Shown here in pieces: positions 36,901 through 48,404 of a DNA stretch of 64,000 bases. This DNA comes from Antedon mediterranea (taxonomy: Eukaryota > Animalia > Echinodermata): the NCBI RefSeq assembly GCF_964355755.1, contig NC_092678.1, positions 5,534,422 to 5,598,421 of the forward strand, given 5' to 3'. The notes under the pieces were generated by a model. That model was not told where the DNA came from and made no database searches. It worked only from the letters and a program-made list of their open reading frames with translations. A program made the translations under genes and the position numbers. Positions within the stretch are counted from its first letter, which is position 1; every line of letters starts with the position of its first letter.

Positions 36901-39720
36901 GTGATCTTTGGAGCATAACATCTGCTAAACCCTCTGAAATTGGTTTTCAATATAAGCCTCGTACAAAACTAGAACAAAGTATAACAAAGGTAACGGGCAG
37001 CAAAGAAGACCAACTTGCAGAACCAGAAATAGTAAAAGACAGTGAGGTTGTTTGTGCTGATGAAAAAGTTGAGGCTGTGGAGATTGCTACATCAACAAAT
37101 GTTCAAAAAGAGGGAGGTATTAGCAAAGAGCATGTCACAAAAGAAATAGAAGTGCCACAGAAAATTGATGTATCTGCAGATGCAAGTGCAGAGACCATGG
37201 AGACAAATATTCAAAATGAATTTCAAAAGGAGTTTGCCTTTATAAATGATAGGGAAGAAGTAGTTATCAGTGATGCTGTTTCTTCAGTTGTGGAAACCTC
37301 TGTACAAAACACTAATGATGTGTTTGACCAAACATTATGTGGCAGTTCAAATTTTACTGATGACCGAGAAGAGGTAGTTATCAGTGATTCTATCTCTTCA
37401 GTTGTGGAAACCTCTGTACAAGACACTAATGATGTGTGTGAACAGGCATGTGGCATTTCAAAATTAACCAATCAAAAACAATTATTGATGGATAATTCAA
37501 AATTAACCAATCAAAACCAATCATTACAGGATAATTCATCTACAATCATTGAACCTTCTGAACATAATTTAGAGGACACGATAGGCCAGAAATGTGCCAG
37601 TAACACTGTTTTAATGAATTTATCTGAAAACACTTCTTCAAAAGCAATTGACAATAATTCAGAATTACAACCCGTACCAAAGATGTCCACTAGACAAACG
37701 AGGAAAAGAAAAAATGAAGCAGAAAGTAAAATAATTTATCCAGATTTGTGTTTAACTAAGTAAGTTTCTAACTTTAAAAAAAAATTACAAACACACTAAA
37801 GATCAAGATAATGAACTAAGTGTTCATGTCAAAATTATTCTACTGCAGTTTACTGCAGTAACTATATGTTTAATGCAATAACGTATGCTTTTAGTTTAGT
37901 TTCGATGTAGAAGTTTTTGAGGCAGTCACTGCAATATAACAGTGTGTATGATTACCCGGCAAAAACCTTACTTAGATAATTGCATAAACAGGTTAAAGAG
38001 GAAAACAAAACATTGTTTTCTGCAGTAGCTGCAGTAGGATAATTTTGACAAGGTCTCTAAATACAATACTGTACCAAGTTATGACAGATCTTAGTGATCA
38101 TCGGAATCCAAACATTATCAATGTATAAGCATTGACATTCTATAATGCATTTTTTTTTTCATTTTTTTTTTCTGGTTACAAATGTTTAAACTTACAGAAT
38201 CGCATTTCCAACCCATAGTAGGCTTGAATACATTTCATGCAATTTTAACTTTCTTTAGTCTAACCATTTTACATCTTTGAATTCCATGTGTTTCTCTGTT
38301 ATTTTCTCATCAGTCCTCAATTCAATTCAAAAGACATTTATTTTCGTCCAAAAGATAAAGTCAGATTATTAAAAAAAAAATAATGAACAAAGGCAAAATC
38401 CCAAGAAAATGAATATCTTGTGGCAGGATCTCCTTGACATGGGCTCCTTCAATGGCTGTGTCTTCCTTTCTATCCACATAGTCAAACCACTGTAATCTTT
38501 TTTTGCAATCTTTCACAAGACTGATTTAAAATGTTTGTTTAGGGATAGTGAGATACAGTTTATTCCTCGGCAGTGGTATAGTATGGGAGGAGAAGTCGAA
38601 AATGTAGAGTTGACAAGGTTGCTTCAGAAGATTGGGTTAATTGTCATCTCAAAGCCAGGAATACCAGAAAAGCACATCTTTGACCAATTGCATCTAGTGT
38701 TATCACCTGTGGAGTGTAGAGAAATCCTGCAGGTACTGATCATTTATTAATCAAATGTAGCCATATGTACGAAAGATTGATTAAAGACGTTCAGATGGGT
38801 CAGAGGTTAGCCCTGAAGCCCAGGGTAGTGCCTTGAAAAAGCACTACTTCAACCTTAATTTACTCCTAGAATTTTTTTTTCTTTAAATTTTTCAGGTGAA
38901 TAACTATTATGTGACATTAAAATGGCTAATATTCATCAAAAATGTTTTTTAAAATTATTTTTTCCGAGTATGTAGTATGAAAAGATTTAAACATGGAGCT
39001 ATAAATAGCTCCATGATTTAACCATGAAAGATTATTATTAAAAATTTGGAACATTAATCTTAATACAATTTTGATTACGTCATAAATGGAAATTTGACTA
39101 AAACCATGCATTAAGACAATTAAATAAATAATAAGATTAACTCTCTTTGAAACTAAAAATTAAAATCTCTTTCAAACCTCTCCTGTTGATATACTCTATT
39201 GTACTTCCAGTAACTACAATTGTCTTACTACCTTAAAAAAAAGGAAACAGTGTGTATGATTTCCCAAATAATACTGTTACACTAGAGGACACCTGAGAGT
39301 GCATAAACCCCTCCCCTTCCCAATTTTTTTGATTTTTTTTTGTGCCTTAATACTGTGTATGATTATGATTGATTGCATTACAAACTAGAAAATATGAATG
39401 TGGTGTAATGGGTCTGCATTCACCTTTCAATGGCTGAGTCCGAGGTTCAAGTCCTGCTTAGGGTAATTTTTTTTTCATTATTGATTACAAAATTTTTTTT
39501 ATAGATGTTGCAGCAAGCTGGTTGTATAACTAGGCATGAAATTCCGAAATTGCCATCAACGTGTCTATTTAAGAATTTTACGAGTACTCAGGAAACGGAA
39601 TATTTCTATAAGCCAACCATAGACTGTATGCTGCGCCTTGCTGCTTATGAACGCTACAAACCAGAAGAGGAGACGGTCCAAGTTGAAAATGAAGATAAGA
39701 GTCACCCTAATATTGATTGA
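15986..39720 (+). CDS. GTF3C1: General transcription factor IIIC subunit 1 (TFIIIC220, B-box-binding), about 32 exons
   Basis: Exon 1 (15986-16040) gives MEEHKQICMDEIALEGLDG and exon 2 (16198-16415) ITLESLWFRL...FYELP. Later exons include YGGKLVIVAS (17921-18161), CDRKTLIR, MPLSIFC, IPGNGRGAAGLDSSIY/HLRMNW (29536 and 30601), WTEEED; last exon 39505-39720 ends in TGA. These match remembered GTF3C1 motifs. Some internal exon edges are approximate. Confidence 0.92.
17270..17664 (-). mobile_element. LINE 3' fragment in a GTF3C1 intron
   Basis: ORF 17458-17664 reads HEYGTR...GQRSIAYRGANIWNRLPENIK, a typical CR1/L2-group ORF2 C-terminus, followed by an AT-rich 3' UTR. Confidence 0.75.
18637..18749 (-). 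mobile_element. Very short 5'-truncated LINE (RTE-like C-terminus) with a 14-bp target-site duplication
   Basis: Flanked by AAGATAAGGTATTA at 18623-18636 and 18750-18763. Minus strand reads RKLANRRKEWRNLVQRVSKAAQAEKSEDYSAKRH-stop, then a (TAAA)/(TAA) tail. Confidence 0.7.
19736..20725. repeat. 22-bp minisatellite, about 45 copies, intronic
   Basis: (AAAGGTTCACATAGTACRGCAT)n, highly homogeneous. Confidence 0.97.
21598..21730. repeat. 21-bp tandem expansion inside a family A MITE
   Basis: (ATATGCCCAAATATGGTAGTG)n, about 6 copies. Confidence 0.9.
23938..24097. repeat. 17-18-bp tandem repeat
   Basis: (ACACACCTATTCAGGGG)n, about 9 copies, related to the dispersed CCTATTAAGGGGACAC motif. Confidence 0.88.
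24275..24380. repeat. 12-bp degenerate tandem repeat
   Basis: Alternating GGATCCAGGGGT and GGATCCAGGAGT units. Confidence 0.75.
27237..27747. mobile_element. MITE with about 50-bp TIRs nested inside another repeat
   Basis: TAGGGAGGTTTCGCAACCTTACGAATACAATAACGAAAACGGATACGTCAC ... GTGACGTATCCGTTTTCGTTATCGTATTCGTAAGATTGCGAAACCTCTCTA. Confidence 0.85.
27758..28930. repeat. 36-38-bp minisatellite, about 32 copies, with higher-order structure
   Basis: (GAAATTGTCCCTTAAAGGGTAGCTCCGGGTTCGCAK)n; variant blocks recur at about 293-bp spacing. Confidence 0.95.
29848..30445. repeat. 24-bp minisatellite, about 25 copies
   Basis: (TATCATACGCCATAATACAGCCTG)n; it explains the repetitive six-frame ORFs at this position. 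Confidence 0.96.
31584..31885. repeat. 21-bp minisatellite, about 14 copies, starting just after a splice donor
   Basis: (TTTGGGAATTTCTATTCCTGG)n. Confidence 0.92.
32175..32500. mobile_element. MITE
   Basis: TIR CTTGTCAATTGTATGACCCACTATATGACCCTC / GAGGGTCGCATAGTGAGTCATACAATTGACAAG. Confidence 0.8.
33395..33558. mobile_element. MITE family A (PIF/Harbinger/Tourist-like), representative full copy; about 10 copies in the window
   Basis: TIR AGCTCTGTCTACACTATCAAAC...GTTTGATAGTGYAGACAGAGCT with TAA/TTA flanks and core CCCATATATGGACATGATGATGTCATATCACTAC. Other copies near 1602, 4663, 18285, 19407, 21585, 23196, 31246, 32985 and 62430. Confidence 0.85.
37825..38052. mobile_element. MITE family C, representative copy
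   Basis: TIR TGTCAAAATTATTCTACTGCAG...CTGCAGTAGGATAATTTTGACA. Related pieces near 2700-2860, 17690-17900, 33336, 36230 and 61370-61440. Confidence 0.72.
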
Positions 39721-39884
39721 ATTTATTGTATATAATGTTTTAACGACTTTAAATTATTGATTCATGCTTTTATATTTATAAGGAAAAACTATTGAATATT
39801 GAACAATATTATTATCAGAGTTACAATGCTAATTATAAACTTGACGCTTCTTATAACGCTTGACATCTATCGGGAAGAATGACC

Positions 39885-40105
39885 ATCATGAAATTGAACT
39901 GTCATCAGAAAGTTAACCTTTCCTCTCAATGTTTGACCTCTCATCAGAAAGTTAACCTCTGGCCTTGAAGCTTTACCTGTCAGGTAATTTGACCTCTCAT
40001 CAAAAAATTAACTTCTGGACTTGAAGCTAGACCTCTCAAGTAATTTGACCTCTCATCTTGAACTTTGACCTCGCAAGTTAATCTCTTATGAAGTTGGACC
40101 TCATC
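39885..40105. repeat. Degenerate repeat of about 20 bp downstream of the GTF3C1 stop
   Basis: AAGTTAACCTCTCATC and TTTGACCTCTCATCAGA units; a homologous array lies at 44460-44950. Confidence 0.75.
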
Positions 40106-40599
40106 ATTAATGTACGGTAGATGCTTATAGTCCTGTTCAAGAACTGATTTTTTCTTAATTCATTGTACCAAGTTTTCAGTACTACAGTACTAACATTTTG
40201 AAAAAAAAACGTTTATCAAATTGATTTTCTGGATGCAAAAATCAATTGTTACGTAAGTATTAATTATCAGAATACTAAATTTATTATTATATTTCATGGC
40301 TGTTGACTTCAAGGAACAATATCTAATAATAGTGCAGCAAATAAACTAATTATGCAACAACACAATAACTTTGTGAATATTTAAACTGTCCAATCAACCT
40401 TGTCAGGAAAGCGGTTATGGTACATATCATATATAAACTCCAGTTGAGTCCAGGTTTTTGTGCTCTTTCAGATCGAATTTTCATTCTTTTCTTGTGTTTT
40501 ATTTATGTCCGTTATTTCTATTCTAGAGGACGTTTATACACATTTCTAATGCTACTATCATTAGATAGCAAGTTTGCCCAATTATGGAAGGTTGGGCTG

Positions 40600-41778
40600 T
40601 AAATCTAATTGAAAAAATTCCTTTTCTGAAAGACTGATTTTTACCTATACGCTGACGACACAACTGTCACTTATTCTCACCCTGAAATTCAAACTCTGTT
40701 TAATACTACCAACTCCCACCTAGAGATGTTGTCCCAATACTTTGCTGCTAATAAACTTTCTATAAACCATAAAAAATGTAACTTCATCCTGTTTGGGACT
40801 CCCCAGAAGTTAAAAAATGTTGACCCATCTCTATAAAATATTACCATTGAAAATATAAACATCCCCTCTGTTCAATCAGCAAAATTCTTAGGTGTCCATC
40901 TTGACTCTGGCCTGACGTGGAAAACACACATTAGTGTAACTGAAAACAAAATTTCCAAAAGCCTTGGTATTATTTTTCGTTTGTCTTCATATTTACCCTC
41001 TAATATCCTACGCATTCTGTATTGCTCTATGATTCTTCCCTATTTGGGTTATTGTAATATTGTTTGGTGCAACACATACCCCACAAACCTTAATAAATTG
41101 CATACCCTCCAAAAGAAGGCTATCAGAATTATATCTGGCGCGCCTCCGCTTTCCCATTCCTCTCATTTCTCTCATTTATTTTTAAATCTTAATCTCATCA
41201 AACTTAATGATATCAATTTAATTCAACAAACCATTTTTGTCTACTCTGCTAAACAACATCCTTCCTCACCATCTTTGTTATCTATTTACTTCCAATTCCT
41301 TCTTTCATTCCCATCACACACGTACTAAAAATAAATTATCTATACCCTCCCATAGAACAAATTCTTTCCAACATAACATTCGATACTCTGGACCCACCCT
41401 ATGAAACAACCTACCACCCTCCATTTTAAAATCTGCTTCCCTTAAGATACTTCTCTCAAAATTAAAAATACACCTTTTCTACTTATTAAATATTTATTAA
41501 TCGGTCATGTCTCGATCTGCAGTACCAACAGATTTTTTTTTTTCTGTTATTCATAGTTTAGATTATGAAATTTATTATGATTTTCTTCAATGCATTTCTT
41601 TTCTTTTTTATTTGTGTTAAAAAATAAGATTAAACACAAGATGTTACAAATATCTTTCAGGGCTTTTGCCTTCATTTTCCGATATACTTTTATAAATCTG
41701 TACAATCCTGTTTCTTGTTTTCCTACTGTATGTATTCAGATTTTGTAAATAAATGTCTATTGAATTGAATTGAATTGA
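40600..41778 (+). mobile_element. 5'-truncated, frameshifted non-LTR retrotransposon (CR1/L2-group-like) RT C-terminus and 3' UTR
   Basis: LYADDT at about 40645, KFLGVHLDSGLTWKTHI, LYCSMILPYLGYCNIVW, LQKKAIRII, with internal frameshift/stops. Ends in AATAAA followed by a (TTGAA)n tail at 41748-41778. Confidence 0.88.
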
Positions 41779-43082
41779 CGTATGCGCATTAATTCACATT
41801 CTACATCTGTCACTAAATAATATCTAACTGACTATTAACAGTCAGTTAGATACAATACTAGGTGTATTAAATACTTTTAACCCGCATATGACAATTGTCC
41901 ATAATACAGCATGTATCATGAAATATTAGGCTAGGGTCTATGGTACAGGCGTCACATGTGCAACACATCAGATACTGTATCATGGAATTTGCCTATGATG
42001 CTAGGCACATTTATACCAGTACCGACAATCTACTGCTTATTATTAGATAGCAATTTAGCAGAGAATGTCTGACCTTTTCTTTACTGTATAAATCGATGCA
42101 ATTTGAATATAATACCTGTGAATTATATAATACAAATGGTAATTAGTAATTGTAATTAGATGATGTCTAATAATTTCAAAGACCTCACAATCATGTAAAT
42201 CACATCTCACCTTTGTTTAGACCTACTTCCATTGTATTGCGTAATATTAACAATTGTTAATGGTACTAAATTTATTGACTACTCTGTCGTGACTAAACTC
42301 ATTTCAAAACGTTTATGTATCTGAGACAACAATTATTGATTATTGTCCGAGTAGCTGTTGGTTTAACACACATTGATTTTTAGGACAATGATTATAGCAA
42401 AATGTTCTTTTATGACATGAATTACAATCACTTTGTAGTTAATCGCAATTTCAGAGAGAAAAATTTCATGAAAGTTTGGTTCATTTTATACATTTTGCAG
42501 ATTTTTTGTTTGTTTTATTCATCTAAGCGGCATATAGGATTAAAATATAGCACTGATCTAATTTGGTTAAATTACATCTTTTTATGACGTAGGCCTACAT
42601 GTTGGTAGGCCTAATTGTATGCCGTCAATCGTTTAATTTTGCGAGAAATTGGTTTCATTGAAACTTGCAAGTTCTTCTAGTTGATGCGGGTTTTGCTGAA
42701 ACTGAATTTCTTTGACACTCAGTGCAACTGCAATTTGAAGAAAATATGCCGTTTTATTTAACCAAGTATCGTACTTTTTATGCAATTTAAAACATGAATG
42801 GAATGAATACTTACAAGTGATTGTTGGAAGATATTAGTAATTGAAGTCTCTGGTGCTAAGGAACATTTCGTCCGTTTGCATGGTAAAGCGCAACTATAGA
42901 ATATTGATAACGGGAGTCTGTTCTCCTTGTCTGGCATATATTAATCTTTTTGCTGTCAAAGTTCAGCAGTAATATTTGAAGCTTTATTTAACAAACCAGT
43001 TTTCATAACAAGTTAAGATGATTTTTTTTTGCTAAGCGATAATTCGGACTTCTGTTCTTGCATGGAGTCATAAATCATCGTG

Positions 43083-44321
43083 ATGGGAAACTCTACAGAA
43101 GACGAAGTAGGAATAGTATACATATATGTTATGTCGTTTGTTCTGTCCATTCTTATGATATCTGGTGTCCTTATGAATACATTAATTATTTTATGCTTCA
43201 TAGTAAATCCGAATCTAAGAACATTTGCGAATGTTTATTTTCTGAGCCTCGCCTGCTCAGACCTTATTCTCTCCAGCATTGGTATACCATTTGGGTTGAT
43301 GTATACCCTGCGTCGATTTCATGTGGAACGGGGTCTGTTTTGCTACTCCATGAAATTTGTTATATCCGGTGGCTTTCAAATGTCAAAAGTAACTGTTATA
43401 ATAATTTGTTACGAGAGATATAGAGCAATATGTTATCCGTTAAAAAGCTTTGTACAAAATACCAAAACTCGGTCACGAAAAATAATAATCGCCTCGTGGA
43501 TTTTAGGATTCGGTTTTATTCTAGGATATGCTGTTTTAGAGAACATTTATACAATCGATACTGAAACATGCCCATTGAGCAATTTTAGCTGGGATCCGCT
43601 TATGCAATTATGTACCGTTTGTGCTTATGTCGTAATTCCTTCAATATTTATTATTGCACTTTATTTAAGAATTAATGTAACTGTTCGCAGACGAGAGCAG
43701 AAAGGATCATGCTTCGCAGAGGTTATTTCAGAGGATGCCTCAACTATGAACTGGTACTCGAAGATGGCTAAGTGCTTCAGGCGTACGCGGCCAACAAGTA
43801 GCCCAGCAAACAAGGGTGCTGGCCCAGATGCAAATTTTTCTCAGAATTCACATCAGAAAATTGGTGACAACCATAGACCTGATGCCATTCACATATGCCT
43901 CCAGGAAGATGTAATAACACAAAACATTGGCCTAACTAGAGGTCAAGCGAAAATAACAAGTAATGATATTTCGGTTACCAGTGAGCTGCCTATGACTCAC
44001 GATAACTCATTGGTTAATGGAGCTATTTACAGTACAGACTCAAATAAAAATGGTCCAAGCTCTGCGCCTAAAACTTCGAAAATTCTTAAGAAGATTTTAA
44101 CTTGTTATCTGGTACTGCTGATTCCACATACGGCTTTAATAATTATCAATGTTATTTGTATATATACAAATGAAACCGAATGTCCGTTTCGGGTTGAAGT
44201 TACCTTTAGCGCAAGGTTGATGACCATGATGGTGTGCATCTTAAACCCACTTTGTTATGGTCTGACCGACAGAGAAGTCAAGAGGACAATCAATAATTTG
44301 TTATCACGAAAATGTTTCTAA
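43083..44321 (+). CDS. Intronless orphan rhodopsin-class (class A) GPCR, copy 1, 412 aa
   Basis: Seven hydrophobic segments, N-terminal NST sequon, TM2 LSLACSDL, TM3 C...ERY, TM4 W, TM7 NPLCY. ATG is at 43083; the ORF track starts at the GTG just before it. Confidence 0.92.
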   Translation: MGNSTEDEVGIVYIYVMSFVLSILMISGVLMNTLIILCFIVNPNLRTFANVYFLSLACSDLILSSIGIPFGLMYTLRRFHVERGLFCYSMKFVISGGFQMSKVTVIIICYERYRAICYPLKSFVQNTKTRSRKIIIASWILGFGFILGYAVLENIYTIDTETCPLSNFSWDPLMQLCTVCAYVVIPSIFIIALYLRINVTVRRREQKGSCFAEVISEDASTMNWYSKMAKCFRRTRPTSSPANKGAGPDANFSQNSHQKIGDNHRPDAIHICLQEDVITQNIGLTRGQAKITSNDISVTSELPMTHDNSLVNGAIYSTDSNKNGPSSAPKTSKILKKILTCYLVLLIPHTALIIINVICIYTNETECPFRVEVTFSARLMTMMVCILNPLCYGLTDREVKRTINNLLSRKCF

Positions 44322-44459
44322 ACATTGTTTTAAAATGTTGTGTAAAGTATTCACATTTTTTGTATACTGTACATTAACCTTTTTGTCATCTATTTATAGA
44401 TCAGGCTGGCTCGTTGTAAATATTGTTGCTTAAGTCAATATAGTTATTAGTAGGAAGTT

Positions 44460-44950
44460 GCAAGAAGTTAATCTCTCATCTAGATACTTGACTTCTCAAC
44501 ATGAATTAGTTAACCTCTTTTCATGAAGTCTGACTTCTCACCAGAAAGTTAACCTCTCATTATAAAGTTTTACCTCTCACCAGAAGGTAACCTCTCCTTT
44601 ATAAAGTTTGGCTTCTCACCAGAAAGTTAACCCCTCATCATGAAGTCTTCTCACCAAAAAGTTAACCTCGCATCATCAAGTTTGAAGTAACATCATCTTA
44701 TGAAGTTTGAAGTAACATCTTCTTATGAAGTTTGACTTCTCAAAAGAAAGTAACCTTTCATCATGAAGATTGACTTCTCACCAGAAAGAAACCTTCATCA
44801 TGAAGTTGGAATTCTCACAGGGAAGTTAACCTCTCATCTGGATAGTTGACTTCGCAACAGAAATTAGTTAACCTCTCTTTATGAAGTTAACCTCTCATCA
44901 TAAAGTTTTATCTCTCGTCTTGAAGTTTGACATCTCTCACCAGAAAGTTC
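44460..44950. repeat. Degenerate repeat of about 20 bp downstream of GPCR copy 1
   Basis: Alternating AAGTTAACCTCTCATCATG and AAGTTTGACTTCTCACCAGA units. Confidence 0.8.
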
Positions 44951-45863
44951 TCAATTTAATGTACTAAGTACAAATTACTTAGAGTTGGGGAAAACAACTC
45001 ATCAACTTGATTTCATGTTGCAAATGTACTAAGTACAAAGTCATTAAATTTCATAAAAATGACTCAAAAAAAAAAAGTAAGTAATAATGATTTATCTGAG
45101 TACTATACTTTTTTTTTATTTCATAACAGATGATCTATATCAAATTTCAATAACTTCCAATCTTTAATAGTGCAGCAAATAAAACTAATTAGGTTGCACA
45201 ATAAAATGGAAACCTTGAAGATACAAAGTGCTCATTATTGTAATTGTACATATAATATTACTGCTTTCGGGCATATTGATTGGTTTTATTAATGAATATT
45301 GTTATCGTAGTTTTTATTTAACAATGTAAAGTACGTTGCATTTATTTCAAGATAAATTGATGTCACAATTTGAACTAAAACTGTCGCAGTGGTTTAATGA
45401 TAAGGTGTCTAAAAGAAGCAGGTGACTTCAGTTCTAGTCAAATTTGAATTCATTCTTTTCTCATATTTACCGTGTCTTTTGTTTTTATTTTCCTCCTTTA
45501 AATAACGATTTAAATATGAATTGGAATTTATATGGCATCGGGTCGTCGTCTGAAATCATGATAAACATGTACCATGAAATACGGTATTTCATGTCCTATG
45601 CATGATGAGAAGTGTGAAACCAGTTAATATTAATGCTGTCCGTCCATCTATCAAAAAGTTTCAAAAGCAAATTCCACTTCTCATGCCCTTAATTGTAACT
45701 CATTATTGGTACCTTATGATATTCACCAATTCTTAACGTGGAGACAGTTTAAATTTGTCTCTCAAAACTCACCTGTATGATTATCTTTCTTTGTTTCTAA
45801 CTGGCCAACAAAGTGTCCTCTTAATAAGGTTAGCTGGGGTACGGTAAACCATGTCCTTCGTAA

Positions 45864-46054
45864 AGGGCCTTTCACACCTGTTCCGGCACGGTTCCCGTCC
45901 GGCGAATCGAACGCCAATGTTTCGTTTTCACGACGCTCCACGCGGCCAAGCACCAATCGATATGCGCGTAGCCGCGTAAAAACGAAACATTGACGTTCGA
46001 TTGGATTTGCCGTCGCCGGACCGGAACCGTGCCGGAGCAGGTGTGAAAGGCCCT
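45864..46054. mobile_element. PIF/Harbinger-type MITE, almost fully palindromic
   Basis: TAA target duplication flanks AGGGCCTTTCACACCTG.TCCGGCACGGTTCC ... GGAACCGTGCCGGA.CAGGTGTGAAAGGCCCT. Confidence 0.88.
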
Positions 46055-46920
46055 TAAGTCTCACGAGAAAAATGTCTCCTGAATAGAAGTTTCAGTCTCA
46101 GAGATTCTACTTTTTATTAAGTAGTAGTCTCATTAGAAATAATTTGAAGAACCGATCTTGAATAAAATACCCATAGGCCTAATTGCTATAAATGGTTTCC
46201 ATTTGGACTAGTTTTCAATATCGTAATTAGTTAGTTGTCAAGGCTTCACAATCATGTCAATCACATCATTACGCCCATATTGTAGGCCTACTCTTATCGT
46301 GTAACGTGAATATTACTAAGAATTAACCTATTGTTGTTGGTATAAGTAATAACTACCACGCATTGGATATTCTTCGCATTTAAAAGCTGGTTCATCTTGA
46401 TTTAATCTTAAAATCACAAGAAGGATCACCGCAAAATGTCAATTAGTCATTGACTTTTTTAGTTGATCACAATTTCCGAGTGGTATATTTTTAAAGAAAG
46501 TTTGCTTCGCTCTAACTTTTTCCCACCAGTCACAATAGTTACTTTCTTTCGGAAAATAAGTACAGTTCGGATTTGTTTAAATCACATCTTTTAGTGACTT
46601 AGACCTACATTTCTAGTTTCTCTAATTGCTGGTCATTTTGTGAAGTTTCATCGGAAATCTTGCAAGCTTCGTTTTCGGATGGCGTTTGGTTGCTGCGTGT
46701 TGTGCTGACGGTGGAATTCTTAGACAAGCGTTGTATCTTCAAGTTCAGGTTGATGTTAAACCTATTGTACAGATTGATATTTAAGAAGAGAATTGGCCGT
46801 ATTAGTTATATATTGATTCATATATACGTACTTCTTTATATTGGTATAAGGATTATACTGTATATGTTTGCTAACAGATCATTATAGCTTGAATTTTGTC
46901 CAGAATTATTTCACTTTGTA

Positions 46921-48141
46921 ATGGATAACTCTACAGAAGAAGAAGTAGGAATAGTGTACATTTACTTTATGTCGTCTGTTCTGTCCATTCTTATGATATC
47001 AGGTGTCCTTATGAATACTTTAATTATTGTATGCTTCATATTAAATCCGAATCTAAGAACCTTTTCAAATGCTTATTTTCTGAGCCTCGCCTGTTCAGAC
47101 CTTATTCTCTCCAGTATCGGTATACCATTTGGGTTGTTATATATCGTGCGTCGATTTTATGTGGAACGCGGTTTGCTATGCTACACGTTTAAATTCATTA
47201 CATCCCTCGGATTTCAAATGTCTAAACTAACTGTTTTGATCATTTGTTATGAGAGACACAGAGGAATATGTTATCCGTTAAAAAGCATTGTACAAAATAC
47301 TAAATCTCGTTCACGAAAAGTTATAACCGCCTCGTGGATTTTTGGAGTCGTTTTTATAGTGTTGTATATCTTTATAGACGACATTAGAATGGAGACTAAA
47401 AGCTGTGCACTTGATATTTTTAGTTGGAACGCGCGTACGCAATTACTTACCGTTTGTGCTTATATCCTAATTCCTTCAATATTTATTATTGCACTTTATT
47501 TAAGAATTAATGTAACTGTTCGCAGACGAGAGCAGAAAGGATCAAGCTTCGCAGGTGTCATTTCAGAGGATGTCTCAACTATGAACTGGTACGCGAAGAT
47601 GGCTAAGTGCTTCAGGCGTACGCGGCCAACAGGTAATAACGCAAACAAAGGTAGTTCTTTGCCTGGAAGTACACCAGGTTCCAGCCTAACAATTAGTGAG
47701 AATAAAGAACATGATGCCGTTCACATACATCTTCAAGAGGACGTGAAGAATATAACAAAAGGCCAAGCTAAAATGAACAGTAATGATATTCCAGTTACAC
47801 CTAAACCCAAAGCAACTGAAGATAAATCATTTGTTAACGGAGCTATTTATAGTACAGACTCCAATAAAAGTGGTCCAAGCTCTGCGCCAAAAACTTCTAA
47901 AATTCTTAAGAAGATTTTAACTTGTTATCTAATCCTACTGATTCCACACACCACCTTAGCAATTATCAATATTATTTGTTTATATACAAATAAAACAGAA
48001 TGTCCATTTCGGGTTGAAGTTACCTTTAGCGCAAGGTGGATTTCCATGATGGTGTGCATCTTAAACCCACTTTGTTACGGTTTGACCGACAGAGAAATCA
48101 AAAAGACTATCGTTGATTTTTTGTCACGAAAATATTTCTAA
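46921..48141 (+). CDS. Intronless orphan class A GPCR, copy 2, 406 aa
   Basis: Clear paralogue of copy 1 with LSLACSDL, ERH in place of DRY, and NPLCY. Confidence 0.92.
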   Translation: MDNSTEEEVGIVYIYFMSSVLSILMISGVLMNTLIIVCFILNPNLRTFSNAYFLSLACSDLILSSIGIPFGLLYIVRRFYVERGLLCYTFKFITSLGFQMSKLTVLIICYERHRGICYPLKSIVQNTKSRSRKVITASWIFGVVFIVLYIFIDDIRMETKSCALDIFSWNARTQLLTVCAYILIPSIFIIALYLRINVTVRRREQKGSSFAGVISEDVSTMNWYAKMAKCFRRTRPTGNNANKGSSLPGSTPGSSLTISENKEHDAVHIHLQEDVKNITKGQAKMNSNDIPVTPKPKATEDKSFVNGAIYSTDSNKSGPSSAPKTSKILKKILTCYLILLIPHTTLAIINIICLYTNKTECPFRVEVTFSARWISMMVCILNPLCYGLTDREIKKTIVDFLSRKYF

Positions 48142-48404
48142 CAATTCTTTACAAACGTTGTACAGTAATTTTAAAGTCAAGTATTATCTTTCTGTGTAAT
48201 CATGTTGCCACAACTTTAAATCAATGAACCAAGCCTTACATTTGCCATTTTATCATTATTTTTGCTTAAGTCAAGATATCTAACTTAAGTGAAACCGAAA
48301 CTTTTTTTTACCACTATTACAATAATAGTTTAATTCAGACACAGCAAAGATAATTTTGGTTTAATACGATAAAGAATAGGCTACTTTGTTTTGTATGAAA
48401 AGGA

